From positions 1 to 40,571 of the forward strand of contig JAUWGF010000001.1 in the NCBI GenBank assembly GCA_030606515.1: DNA of 40,571 nt. The letters are read 5' to 3'. The DNA is from Deltaproteobacteria bacterium (GTDB taxonomy: Bacteria > Desulfobacterota > Dissulfuribacteria > Dissulfuribacterales > UBA3076). The stretch's first letter is position 1. Each line of letters begins with the position of its first letter. Positions 22,612 through 31,087 of this stretch are shown here, piece after piece. Both the position numbers and the translations under genes were made by a program. The notes beneath the pieces were generated by a model. It made no database searches. It saw nothing but the letters and a program-made list of their open reading frames with translations, and was not told where the DNA came from.

Positions 22612-24967
22612 TCTCGATTCAACTTCGGACAATTTAATTAAAACCAGGTTGGCAGAAGTCGATCTTTACTGTAGTCAAGGTCTTAATAAAGAAGCTCGTC
22701 TTATTTGTTTAGAGCTTCTGAAACTGACAGGTGATAAGTCCCATCCCCTCTATACTGAAGTAGAGTCCCGTCTGAAAGGACTTCAGTTTAATGGCATAGA
22801 AACAGTCCCGTCAGGAAAAACGGATTTCACCACCAGCCCTGAAGATCTTAAACCTGAAGACCTTAAAGAATATCAGGACAATCAATTCAACAGTTGTATA
22901 GGTCTGATAGAAGCGGGCTTTCATTCAGAGGCCATAGAGGAGCTTAAAGCCTTACTTGTAGCAGGATACAGGCCGGGAATAATTCGAGCGAAAATCGGAG
23001 AATCATACCTGCGGCTGGATACGCCCTTTGAGGCCCTTGAGTATTTACAGGAGGCGATTGAGGACACGCAACTATCCAAGGATGAACGTCTGGATGTACT
23101 ATATCAACTGGTACTTACCCATGAACGAACAGGCGCGGTGCCCAAGGCCATTGAGGCTCTGGAACAAATCATCCGCCTTGATCCCGCCTTTAGAAACGCC
23201 AAACAGAGGCTTGAGGAACTTTCCCAAACAGCGCAGAAATATGGCCGGTTCTATTATCTGATTCGTAATCAGTTCCTCTCTGAAGAACAACTCAAAAGGA
23301 CCAAAGAACTGGCCAAACAGGGAAAAAAATCCATAGAAAGTATCCTGCTAAACCAGGTTGGCATAGACAAGACAGAGCTTGGCCGCTCCCTCAGCGAATA
23401 CTATCGATGCCCCTTTGTGGAATTTGACGAACTGGAAGTAGGAACCACACCATCTTGCGTGCGCGGTATCAAAGAACATTTTTTCAGGACCAATTCCTGT
23501 GCCCCGATTCGCGAAAAATTAGGGACCCTTATAGTTGCACTGGACAACCCCCATGACTTAGCAAAGATAGACAATATAAGAAGGGTCCTTAAGGCCAAAG
23601 GCTTTCAATTTGCAGTTTCCCTAAAGGAAGATATCAACAGATTCATAGACTATTTCTATGGGAAATATTCCACAGGAGGATCTGATGATGACGTGTTTGA
23701 GCAATTGGAAGTTGTTGATGAGGATACGGAACTCGAGGAAGAGGATAATGGCTTAGCATCAGATGCTGATAGCGTAGTAGTACAGATAGCCAATAAAACC
23801 ATAGAGGATGCCTATCATCGCAGGGCCTCTGATATTCACATTGAATCCCTGGCAGGCAAACGGGGGGCCCTGGTCCGCTTCAGGATCGATGGCGACTGTA
23901 TGCGTTATCAGACCGTTCCGTATAACTACAAGCGGGCCATGATTTCCAGAATCAAGATCATGTCCAACCTTGACATTGCCGAGAAACGCCTGCCTCAAGA
24001 CGGAAAAATAAAGTTCAGGACTCGCTCTGGTAAAACCCTGGAATTACGTGTAGCCACACTTCCCACAACTGAAGGCAACGAAGATATCGTACTCAGGCTA
24101 CTGGGCTCTTCCGAGGCCATGCCGATTGATCGCATAGGGCTCCTTGATCAAAACCTGGAGCAGCTAAAACAGCTTTTGCAATTGCCTTATGGGCTTATAT
24201 TGGCAGTTGGTCCTACCGGATCAGGAAAGACAACTACCCTGCATGCTGCACTTGGCTATATAAATCGGCCTGAGAAAAAAATCTGGACAGCGGAAGATCC
24301 TGTAGAAATCATGCAGGATGGATTGCGCCAGGTGCAGGTGAAACCCGGTATCGGCCTGACTTTTGCCCGGATTCTCAGGGCCTTTTTAAGGGCAGATCCG
24401 GATGTGATAATGATCGGCGAAACTCGAGACGAAGAAACTGCCACAACCGCAATAGAAGCATCCCTGACAGGTCACCTGGTCTTTTCAACCCTCCATACCA
24501 ATTCCGCCCCTGAGACAGTTACAAGGCTTTTAGGAATGGGAATGGACCCATTCAACTTTGCTGACGCCCTCTTGGGGGTCTTGGCACAGAGGCTTGTAAA
24601 AAGACTTTGTCCCAAGTGCCGCGAGGCCTATCAGCCTGATGACCACGAGAAAAAACATATTTTACACGAGTACGGGCATCATCCAACTCAACCCTTAGAG
24701 TTATCAGACCTAAATGAAATAACACTTTATCGGCCAAAGGGCTGCCAACATTGCAACAGGACCGGCTTCAGAGGCAGGCTTGCAATCCACGAACTACTGG
24801 TGTCAGATGACGGTCTCAAAAAGCTCATTCAGGAAAAACGCCCCGTGGGAGAGATACGGGAACATGCCATGAAGCATGGAATGTCGATCCTGAAACAGGA
24901 CGGCATACAAAAGGTCTTAAGGGGAGATACAGATCTGAAACAGATTAGGGCAGCCTGCATAAGGTAA
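22604..24967 (+). CDS. TPR::T2SSE_N::PilB/GspE-family secretion ATPase fusion
   Basis: Residues 1 to about 205 are TPR-like (e.g. GFHSEAIEELKALL, AIEALEQIIRLDPAFRNAKQRLEEL). Residues about 215-350 are a GspE-N-type domain (LGRSLSEYYRCPFVEFD). The ATPase core has Walker A GPTGSGKTTT, TAEDPVE, Walker B DPDVIMIGETRD, His box TGHLVFSTLHTN, and the tetra-Cys motif CPKC...CQHC. Confidence 0.85.
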   Translation: MNNLDSTSDNLIKTRLAEVDLYCSQGLNKEARLICLELLKLTGDKSHPLYTEVESRLKGLQFNGIETVPSGKTDFTTSPEDLKPEDLKEYQDNQFNSCIGLIEAGFHSEAIEELKALLVAGYRPGIIRAKIGESYLRLDTPFEALEYLQEAIEDTQLSKDERLDVLYQLVLTHERTGAVPKAIEALEQIIRLDPAFRNAKQRLEELSQTAQKYGRFYYLIRNQFLSEEQLKRTKELAKQGKKSIESILLNQVGIDKTELGRSLSEYYRCPFVEFDELEVGTTPSCVRGIKEHFFRTNSCAPIREKLGTLIVALDNPHDLAKIDNIRRVLKAKGFQFAVSLKEDINRFIDYFYGKYSTGGSDDDVFEQLEVVDEDTELEEEDNGLASDADSVVVQIANKTIEDAYHRRASDIHIESLAGKRGALVRFRIDGDCMRYQTVPYNYKRAMISRIKIMSNLDIAEKRLPQDGKIKFRTRSGKTLELRVATLPTTEGNEDIVLRLLGSSEAMPIDRIGLLDQNLEQLKQLLQLPYGLILAVGPTGSGKTTTLHAALGYINRPEKKIWTAEDPVEIMQDGLRQVQVKPGIGLTFARILRAFLRADPDVIMIGETRDEETATTAIEASLTGHLVFSTLHTNSAPETVTRLLGMGMDPFNFADALLGVLAQRLVKRLCPKCREAYQPDDHEKKHILHEYGHHPTQPLELSDLNEITLYRPKGCQHCNRTGFRGRLAIHELLVSDDGLKKLIQEKRPVGEIREHAMKHGMSILKQDGIQKVLRGDTDLKQIRAACIR

Positions 24968-25165
24968 GGTAAGGTAAGGTAAACGTTCACAGGTTACGTT
25001 TATGCAGTACGGAATTGTTTTAAAAGATGAACGTCGAATATCGAACATCGAACGTCCAACGTCGAATAAAAAACGAATATCCAATACCGAACATTCAACG
25101 GCTATTTCTGTTTCTTCATCTTTTCCCATTCAACATTCGATGTTGGATGTTCGATGTTCATTAAA
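24963..25165 (-). repeat. Palindromic heptamer-armed cassette, copy C (empty: the arms are joined and the ORF deleted), preceded by (GGTAA)x4
   Basis: (GGTAA)x4 spans 24963-24982. gtaaacgttcacaggttac (24979-24997) is the exact reverse complement of 1637-1655. 25027-25100 is the reverse complement of copy A's right arm region (about 1554-1628). 25103-25165 is the reverse complement of copy B's left arm. The internal ORF is reduced to MKKQK*. Confidence 0.75.
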
Positions 25166-25713
25166 GGGCATCTGGCCAAAGGACTGTATAAAGGTCCACG
25201 GGGAGTTAGCCGGCTTTTGTATACTATTACTTTTTCTACTGTAAAAGGCTCAATTACGATCTTATCCTTTAAAAATACCTCAAGAAGCCGTGAAAGCCTA
25301 CGGGGAGAACGGACTCGTCCTACAGTCAGGTGAGGCGTAAAGGCACGGTCTTCCCGTGGGAAGCCCTTTTCCTCCAGGGCTGTTTCAATACTGTTTTGCA
25401 GTTTGCACAGAAGATCTGTTTCACCTCCGATTCCGATCCACAGTATCCGGGGCCGTCTAAGGTTTGGAAAGATGCCTGTACCATTTAAAAACAAAGAACA
25501 ACCCCTGTGAAGGCAACAGACCTCTTTGCAGGCAGCTATCACGCTCTCCTTACTTGATTCCTGAATTTCACCCAGAAATTTGAGTGTCAGGTGCATATTG
25601 GACGGATAGATCCACCTCACATCCGCCTTGGCGGACTTCCACCGGCCCTGATGTTCTTCAAGTATCTTACGCTGTGTGCCCGGCATGTCTATTGCCAGGA
25701 AAGTACGTACCAT
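25102..25713 (-). CDS. thpR: RNA 2',3'-cyclic phosphodiesterase (2'-5' RNA ligase family) with a repeat-derived C-terminal tail
   Basis: Two H-x-T/S-x motifs (HLTLKFLG, HLTVGR). N-terminus MVRTFLAIDMP. The last roughly 20 codons (MNIEHPTSNVEWEKMKKQK*) lie inside cassette copy C. Confidence 0.8.
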   Translation of the reverse strand: MVRTFLAIDMPGTQRKILEEHQGRWKSAKADVRWIYPSNMHLTLKFLGEIQESSKESVIAACKEVCCLHRGCSLFLNGTGIFPNLRRPRILWIGIGGETDLLCKLQNSIETALEEKGFPREDRAFTPHLTVGRVRSPRRLSRLLEVFLKDKIVIEPFTVEKVIVYKSRLTPRGPLYSPLARCPLMNIEHPTSNVEWEKMKKQK

Positions 25714-26941
25714 AACTTAAATACAGTCTCAGCAAATCAAGAGCAGTTTCCGCTGCCAATGTCTGTATCATGTGTCTTGTTCCGGCAAATCGGAATTGCT
25801 CGGCTACTGTCCGTTCAGGGGTTGATAAAGCAATATAGACTGTGCCCACAGGCTTTTGAGTAGTACCTCCGGATGGACCGGCAATACCGGTAATGGCAAG
25901 ACTATAGCCTGTATCGGCCAAGCGTTTTACACCATCTGCCATTTCCACGGCAGTCTGGGAACTCACTGCGCCATAGAGGGATAATGTCTCGCGAGAGACC
26001 CCAAGGAGATCTTCCTTTGACTTGTTGCTATAGGTAATTATTCCCCTTTCAAACCACCCGGAACTGCCGGAAATGCTGGTCACCCGTTGGCTTACCAGAC
26101 CACCTGTACATGACTCCGCAAGGGAAAGAACACCACCTTTTTCCAGCAGAAGTTTACCTACTATTTCCTCAAGAGTTTCATCATTGACGGCAACTACATG
26201 TTTGTCCAGCAGTTGTTTTATGGTGTTACATGCCATATGAAAAATTTCAGTAACTTTTTCCGGATTCAAGCCCTTTACAGTGGCAGTTACATTGACTTCG
26301 GGAAAGTTGGGATAATAACCAATGCTCAAGCCGTCCCGGCTGGATTCCAGCTTTTCAAAAAGGGCGTTTATCTCTGTCTCTGATAGGCCAAAGACCTTGA
26401 AGGTCTGCTGTCTTATATTTAATTTTCTGGTAATAAGCTTGGTAAGCCTGGGGATAACCCGCTGAACCATGTGATCTTCCAACTCCCCAGGCACTCCCGG
26501 CAGAAAAAAAAGAGGGGTATCCTGGTGGACCAGGAGATATCCTGCAGCACGACCTTCGGGATTCAGGACTTCAGCACCTTCAGGTAACCAGGCCAACTTT
26601 TCCGGCAAAAAAACTGGATTGACAAACCGCTGTTTCGCCCTTCTGATCTTCTCTAGAATCATCTCATTCAAGATCAAGGGACGCCCTAAGGCCTTGGCTG
26701 TCACCTCGTTTGTTATATCATCAGTAGTCGGACCAAGCCCGCCTGTGATGATAACGTATTTTGATCTCTTTATTGCTGCCAGCAGACATTCTTCAATATC
26801 ATCGGGATCATCACCAATGGATGTGATCCGGGTCACCTGGCAACCAGCATAAAAGAGCTTATTAGCTGCAAAGCTGGCAGTGGTATTTAATACCTTGCCG
26901 GATACAAGTTCATCTCCTATAGCTATAATTTCTCCATACAT
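25667..26941 (-). CDS. cinA: CinA: MoCF-type domain plus nicotinamide-nucleotide amidase (PncC) domain
   Basis: MYGEIIAIGDELVSGKVLNT, ITGGLGPTTDDIT, C-terminal AESCTGGL...SGGTTQKPVGTVYIAL. The 3' end overlaps thpR by 47 nt. Confidence 0.9.
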   Translation of the reverse strand: MYGEIIAIGDELVSGKVLNTTASFAANKLFYAGCQVTRITSIGDDPDDIEECLLAAIKRSKYVIITGGLGPTTDDITNEVTAKALGRPLILNEMILEKIRRAKQRFVNPVFLPEKLAWLPEGAEVLNPEGRAAGYLLVHQDTPLFFLPGVPGELEDHMVQRVIPRLTKLITRKLNIRQQTFKVFGLSETEINALFEKLESSRDGLSIGYYPNFPEVNVTATVKGLNPEKVTEIFHMACNTIKQLLDKHVVAVNDETLEEIVGKLLLEKGGVLSLAESCTGGLVSQRVTSISGSSGWFERGIITYSNKSKEDLLGVSRETLSLYGAVSSQTAVEMADGVKRLADTGYSLAITGIAGPSGGTTQKPVGTVYIALSTPERTVAEQFRFAGTRHMIQTLAAETALDLLRLYLSYGTYFPGNRHAGHTA

Positions 26942-27001
26942 GACTAATTACCTTGAGAGTCTAGAAGTTTCGGCATCTTTCATAAGACCCAAGAAGAAAT
27001 G

Positions 27002-27475
27002 TTAAGTGCCTAAATCCCACAGTCTCCATGCCAAATTTGCCATAACGCCGGCTGCAACATCATCAAGCACAATACCCCATCCCCCGGGGAAAGATTTATC
27101 TATATATCTTATTGGAAAAGGCTTCCAGATGTCAAAAAAACGAAAAAACATAAAAGCAACTATAATCAAAGAAGGTTCAATGGGGGCGCCCGCAAGCGCC
27201 ACTGCCATGCCGGCCACTTCATCTATCACTATTTGAGACGGATCTTTATTTCCAAGTAAAAGCTCTGCCCTGCTTGAGATCCACACAGATATCAGGATAA
27301 CAAATCCAAGAGAACATATTCCCAGGGAAATTGGAAGATGACTGAATAGCCAGTGGAGAGGAATGCCCAGGAGACTCCCGAATGTACCCGGGGCAAAGGG
27401 GATCAACCCCAGAAATAGTCCGCTTGCCAGAAATAGGACTAATCTATCTTTGAAATTCAAAATCTTGGGAGCCAC
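27002..27475 (-). CDS. pgpA: Phosphatidylglycerophosphatase A
   Basis: GLIPFAPGTFGS, IVIDEVAGM, FFRFFDIWKPFPI, GGWGIVLDDVAAG. Confidence 0.85.
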   Translation of the reverse strand: MAPKILNFKDRLVLFLASGLFLGLIPFAPGTFGSLLGIPLHWLFSHLPISLGICSLGFVILISVWISSRAELLLGNKDPSQIVIDEVAGMAVALAGAPIEPSLIIVAFMFFRFFDIWKPFPIRYIDKSFPGGWGIVLDDVAAGVMANLAWRLWDLGT

Positions 27476-27490
27476 TTGCAGGAGCCAAAA

Positions 27491-28708
27491 TTAAGAGTGA
27501 GCGCCTGAATTTTGAGGCACGACAGATCCTTCTTCATCTATGAAATCTTCAACCGACACCTGGCTTACAGCTTGATAAACTGTACCTAAAGGGACATTGA
27601 ACCGGCGTGCCACTTCTTTGCAGGTCTCGTACTCAGGAGAAATTGTGGACCGACCATCCGGCCTTGTGATCAATTTGGCTCGCACATTACCCCAGTTGGT
27701 TGGAACCATACCATTCCTTCTAGGCAAAATATACCTCAGACACCTGTTCAGGCGTATCCCTGAAGTAGTGGATTCCTCAAAAAGCATCTTACTGAGGCTA
27801 TGTTCATGACCAGGTGTGGTCAAGACTGTAATCTCAATACCTGGACGATTCTTTTTCATATGTATCGGACACATGACCACGTCCAGGGCACCTGCATCAA
27901 ACAAGCGCTCCATCAGATACTCAAACCACTCAGGGTTCATATCATCAATATAACTCCTTAGCTCCACTACAACTGATTCCTTTCCCGATGACCGGTCTTC
28001 ACCCAGCCAGATACGAAGGAGATTGGCCCATTGAGGTATATCCCTTGAACCCGCCCCATATCCGATTTTTTCCACTTTCATTTCGGGGAAGGTCCTGAAA
28101 TGATCCGCCAGCCCCTTTATCAGGGCACCACCGGTTGGTGTAACAAGCTCCCACTCCCCATCCACCCCATAAATCGGTACATTTTTTAACAACTCAGCAG
28201 TGGCAGGGGCAGGCAAAGGTAGTCTGCCGTGTTCGCAATCTATCCATCCCCTGACCACAGGAACGGGTGAGCAGTAGATCTTTCCAACAGAAAAATGGTT
28301 TAAGCCGCTGATGGTCCCCACAATATCCACCAATGTATCTACAGCCCCAATTTCATGGAAGTGGACCTCTTCTAATAAGCAGCCATGCACCTTGGCCTCA
28401 ACCTGGGCAAGGAGATTAAATACCTTCAGGGAAAGCCGAATTATCCCGGGTTGCAGATCAGATCTTTCAAGAATTGCCTCCACATCCCGCAGGTTCCTGA
28501 ATGGATGGGGCCCGGGCCCGGAGACCTTGACTTGAATGCCCTTTATACCTTTCCTTTTAACTCCCTGAACCTCAACTGCTGTATTCTCAAGGCCCAGTTT
28601 CTCCGGAAGGCACATTAATTCTTCCTCAGGCCACCCTGCATCAATCAGGGCCCCTAAAAACATATCTCCGCTGATCCCTGAGAAACAATCAAGGAAAGCT
28701 TGGCGCAT
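27491..28708 (-). CDS. larC: LarC-family nickel insertion protein (DUF111)
   Basis: FLDCFSGISGDMFLGALIDAG, VHFHEIGAVDTLVDIVG, HGRLPLPAPATAELL, ELVTPTGGALI, GYGAGSRD. It is a single uninterrupted ORF. Confidence 0.85.
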   Translation of the reverse strand: MRQAFLDCFSGISGDMFLGALIDAGWPEEELMCLPEKLGLENTAVEVQGVKRKGIKGIQVKVSGPGPHPFRNLRDVEAILERSDLQPGIIRLSLKVFNLLAQVEAKVHGCLLEEVHFHEIGAVDTLVDIVGTISGLNHFSVGKIYCSPVPVVRGWIDCEHGRLPLPAPATAELLKNVPIYGVDGEWELVTPTGGALIKGLADHFRTFPEMKVEKIGYGAGSRDIPQWANLLRIWLGEDRSSGKESVVVELRSYIDDMNPEWFEYLMERLFDAGALDVVMCPIHMKKNRPGIEITVLTTPGHEHSLSKMLFEESTTSGIRLNRCLRYILPRRNGMVPTNWGNVRAKLITRPDGRSTISPEYETCKEVARRFNVPLGTVYQAVSQVSVEDFIDEEGSVVPQNSGAHS

Positions 28709-28713
28709 TTACG

Positions 28714-29433
28714 TCACTCCTTAAGGCTATGTGTCTCCACCCACTGATAGATTCGCTCCCGGTAGTACAAGCTGGGTATCAATACCAGGAGGGTCAAAAA
28801 CAAAATACTTATGAAGCCCTCTATGTTTTTATCATATGTATTGGCCCCTTGTAGTGTCAGAACCAGTGTTCCGGGCATACGGCCTAATATGACTATAACC
28901 AGAAAGGCCAACCACGGCATACGGCTCAGTCCCAGAAGATAACAAAGAAAATCCTTTGGGAATCCAGGAAACAAGAACAGTATATAGAAGATGAAAAGCC
29001 CCTGGTGCTCGACAAGATGCTCAAACCTGTCGTATAAACGAGAACGGAGAAGCCACAATCTTACCAAACGCCTAAACTGACGAGATATAAAAAAAGCAAT
29101 TACAGACCCCAGGGTAAGACCGAGTGTTGAGTAAAAAAAACCTGCCCACTTCCCAAATAGAAAACCCCCGATAAAACCAGTTGCCTCACCGGGAACAGGA
29201 GATATCACGACCTGAAGGGCCTGTAGTGAAATAAAGGCAAAAGGCGCCAAATGACCCAGAGAGAGAGCATATGCTCGTACAGACTCTCTATGTTCAAATG
29301 CTTGTAATAGACCACACCAGAGAGACCATAGCTCATGCCTCCAGGTCCAGCAAAACCAAAAGATAAGAATCGAAATAAGAATAGCAAACCCCCAGACTCT
29401 GTGACCTAAAAGCCGTGGTTTGCCTATATTCAC
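28714..29433 (-). CDS. TVP38/TMEM64 (DedA-related) family membrane protein
   Basis: Polytopic membrane protein with VISPVPGEATGFIGGFLFG, typical of this family. It has a 4-nt overlap with nadB. Confidence 0.65.
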   Translation of the reverse strand: MNIGKPRLLGHRVWGFAILISILIFWFCWTWRHELWSLWCGLLQAFEHRESVRAYALSLGHLAPFAFISLQALQVVISPVPGEATGFIGGFLFGKWAGFFYSTLGLTLGSVIAFFISRQFRRLVRLWLLRSRLYDRFEHLVEHQGLFIFYILFLFPGFPKDFLCYLLGLSRMPWLAFLVIVILGRMPGTLVLTLQGANTYDKNIEGFISILFLTLLVLIPSLYYRERIYQWVETHSLKE

Positions 29434-31058
29434 GTTTCCTTCCGAAACCTTTGAATAATTGTATCTCTACGCCAGTTCCAGTCGTCTTTGTAGGGATAGT
29501 CTATGGTGAAGTGCCCCCCCCTGCTCTCCTTTCGCTGACTGGCTGCAATAATGATGAGTTCCGCAACCTGTGCGAGGTTCCTCAGTTCTATAAAATCCCG
29601 GGTGAGGATATATTCCCAGTAGTGCTGCCGGATTTCTTCAAGAATCGGTGAAAGGCGCTGTCCGGCCAGTTTAAGTCTTTTTGTGCTGCGGACAATGCCG
29701 ACATAGTTCCACATCAGACGCCGAATTACATCCCAATTGTGAGAGATAAGGACCGCCTCTTTTAAATCCACAGCTCCCTTGGTTTCCCAGGGAGGCACTT
29801 GGGGAAATGTTTTTCCCTTCAAACCAGGGAATATCTCACTGATCTTTAGAAAAGCCTGGTGAGCCATGGCAAGGGCTTCAAGAAGGGAGTTTGACGCAAG
29901 CCGATTGGCACCATGCAGACCAGTACATGCAGTTTCTCCCAAAGCAAAAAGGCCTTCAAGGTCTGTCTCTCCGTAGTTGTCAGTAACCACCCCTCCACAC
30001 ATATAGTGGGCCGCCGGCACAACCGGTATCGGCTCCTTTGTAATATCGATCCCAAAGCCCAGACAGGTCTCATAGATATTTGGGAAACGCTCCCGGATGA
30101 AATCAGCAGAACGGTGACTAATATCCAGATATACACAGTCCTTTCCACTATTCTTTAATTCAGTATCTATGGCCTTGGCGACTATATCTCTTCCGGCAAG
30201 CTCCTTCTGCTGAGGATCATATTTCTCCATGAAGGGCCTGTATTCAGGGTCCAGCAGCCTGGCGCCCTCTCCCCTGAGCGCTTCTGATATAAGAAAATTT
30301 TTGGCCTTAGGATGATAAAGACACGTGGGATGGAACTGCACGAATTCCAGATTGGCAATCCTGGCTCCGGCACGGTACGCCATAGCTATACCATCACCTG
30401 TGGTCACATCAGGATTGCTGGTATACAGGTAAACCTTGCCGCACCCGCCCGTGGCGAACACTGTTATAGGGGCCAGGAAAGTGTGGATCTTACCTGTAGC
30501 TACTTCCAGCAGATAAGCCCCCAGACAACGTTCCTTCTCCATGCTGCCGGGCGAATATGCCTTGATCATGCTTTCAGTAATGAGGTCAACTGCAACATAG
30601 TCTTCAAAGACCTCAACAGAAGGCAATCTGTCGACACTATCCATCAAGACACTCTGCACGGATCGTCCGGTAAAATCCCCAACGTGCACTATGCGGCGGC
30701 GAGAGTGTTCACCTTCCCTTCCCAGATCCATCACATCCGGATTGTGCGATTCCCTGTTGAATTCCAATCCAAGGTCTTCTAACTCCCTTATACGGTCCGG
30801 GCCCTGGCTGACTATCATTTTGACTATATCTTCATGACACAGACCATCCCCTGCGCGCTGCGTATCTTGTTGTTGCAGGTCAAAGCTATCATCAGGACCA
30901 AAGACACAGGCTATGCCGCCCTGAGCCAAGTTTGTAGCCGTGTCGGATTCGGTCTTTTTCGTGACCACGGTTACCTGTCCCAGCGGGGCGAGTTTTATTG
31001 CGAGACTCAGCCCGGCTATCCCGCTCCCTATGATAAGAAAATCGGTTTTGAACTGCAT
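29430..31058 (-). CDS. nadB: L-aspartate oxidase
   Basis: DFLIIGSGIAGLSLA FAD fold, LAQGGIA, HYMCGGV, GLHGANRLASNSLLE. Confidence 0.9.
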   Translation of the reverse strand: MQFKTDFLIIGSGIAGLSLAIKLAPLGQVTVVTKKTESDTATNLAQGGIACVFGPDDSFDLQQQDTQRAGDGLCHEDIVKMIVSQGPDRIRELEDLGLEFNRESHNPDVMDLGREGEHSRRRIVHVGDFTGRSVQSVLMDSVDRLPSVEVFEDYVAVDLITESMIKAYSPGSMEKERCLGAYLLEVATGKIHTFLAPITVFATGGCGKVYLYTSNPDVTTGDGIAMAYRAGARIANLEFVQFHPTCLYHPKAKNFLISEALRGEGARLLDPEYRPFMEKYDPQQKELAGRDIVAKAIDTELKNSGKDCVYLDISHRSADFIRERFPNIYETCLGFGIDITKEPIPVVPAAHYMCGGVVTDNYGETDLEGLFALGETACTGLHGANRLASNSLLEALAMAHQAFLKISEIFPGLKGKTFPQVPPWETKGAVDLKEAVLISHNWDVIRRLMWNYVGIVRSTKRLKLAGQRLSPILEEIRQHYWEYILTRDFIELRNLAQVAELIIIAASQRKESRGGHFTIDYPYKDDWNWRRDTIIQRFRKET

Positions 31059-31087
31059 ATAGATGGCTCCCGCACCAAATCACTCAA

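Noticed and set aside
23240-23420. c-di-GMP-binding MshEN motif in the ATPase N-domain
   Set aside because: The segment SIESILLNQVGIDKTELGRSLSEY does not fit the RLGxx(L/V/I)(L/V/I)xxG(L/V/I)(L/V/I)xxxxLxxxLxxQ pattern as I recall it, because the Arg-Leu-Gly is missing and the spacing is off. No claim of c-di-GMP binding is made from sequence.
25667-25713. 47-nt cinA/thpR overlap as a possible frameshift or annotation artefact
   Set aside because: Both frames show family-typical termini (cinA ...ALDLLRLYL plus a tail, thpR MVRTFLAIDMP). This is most simply a genuine overlap with translational coupling, and it is not notable on its own.
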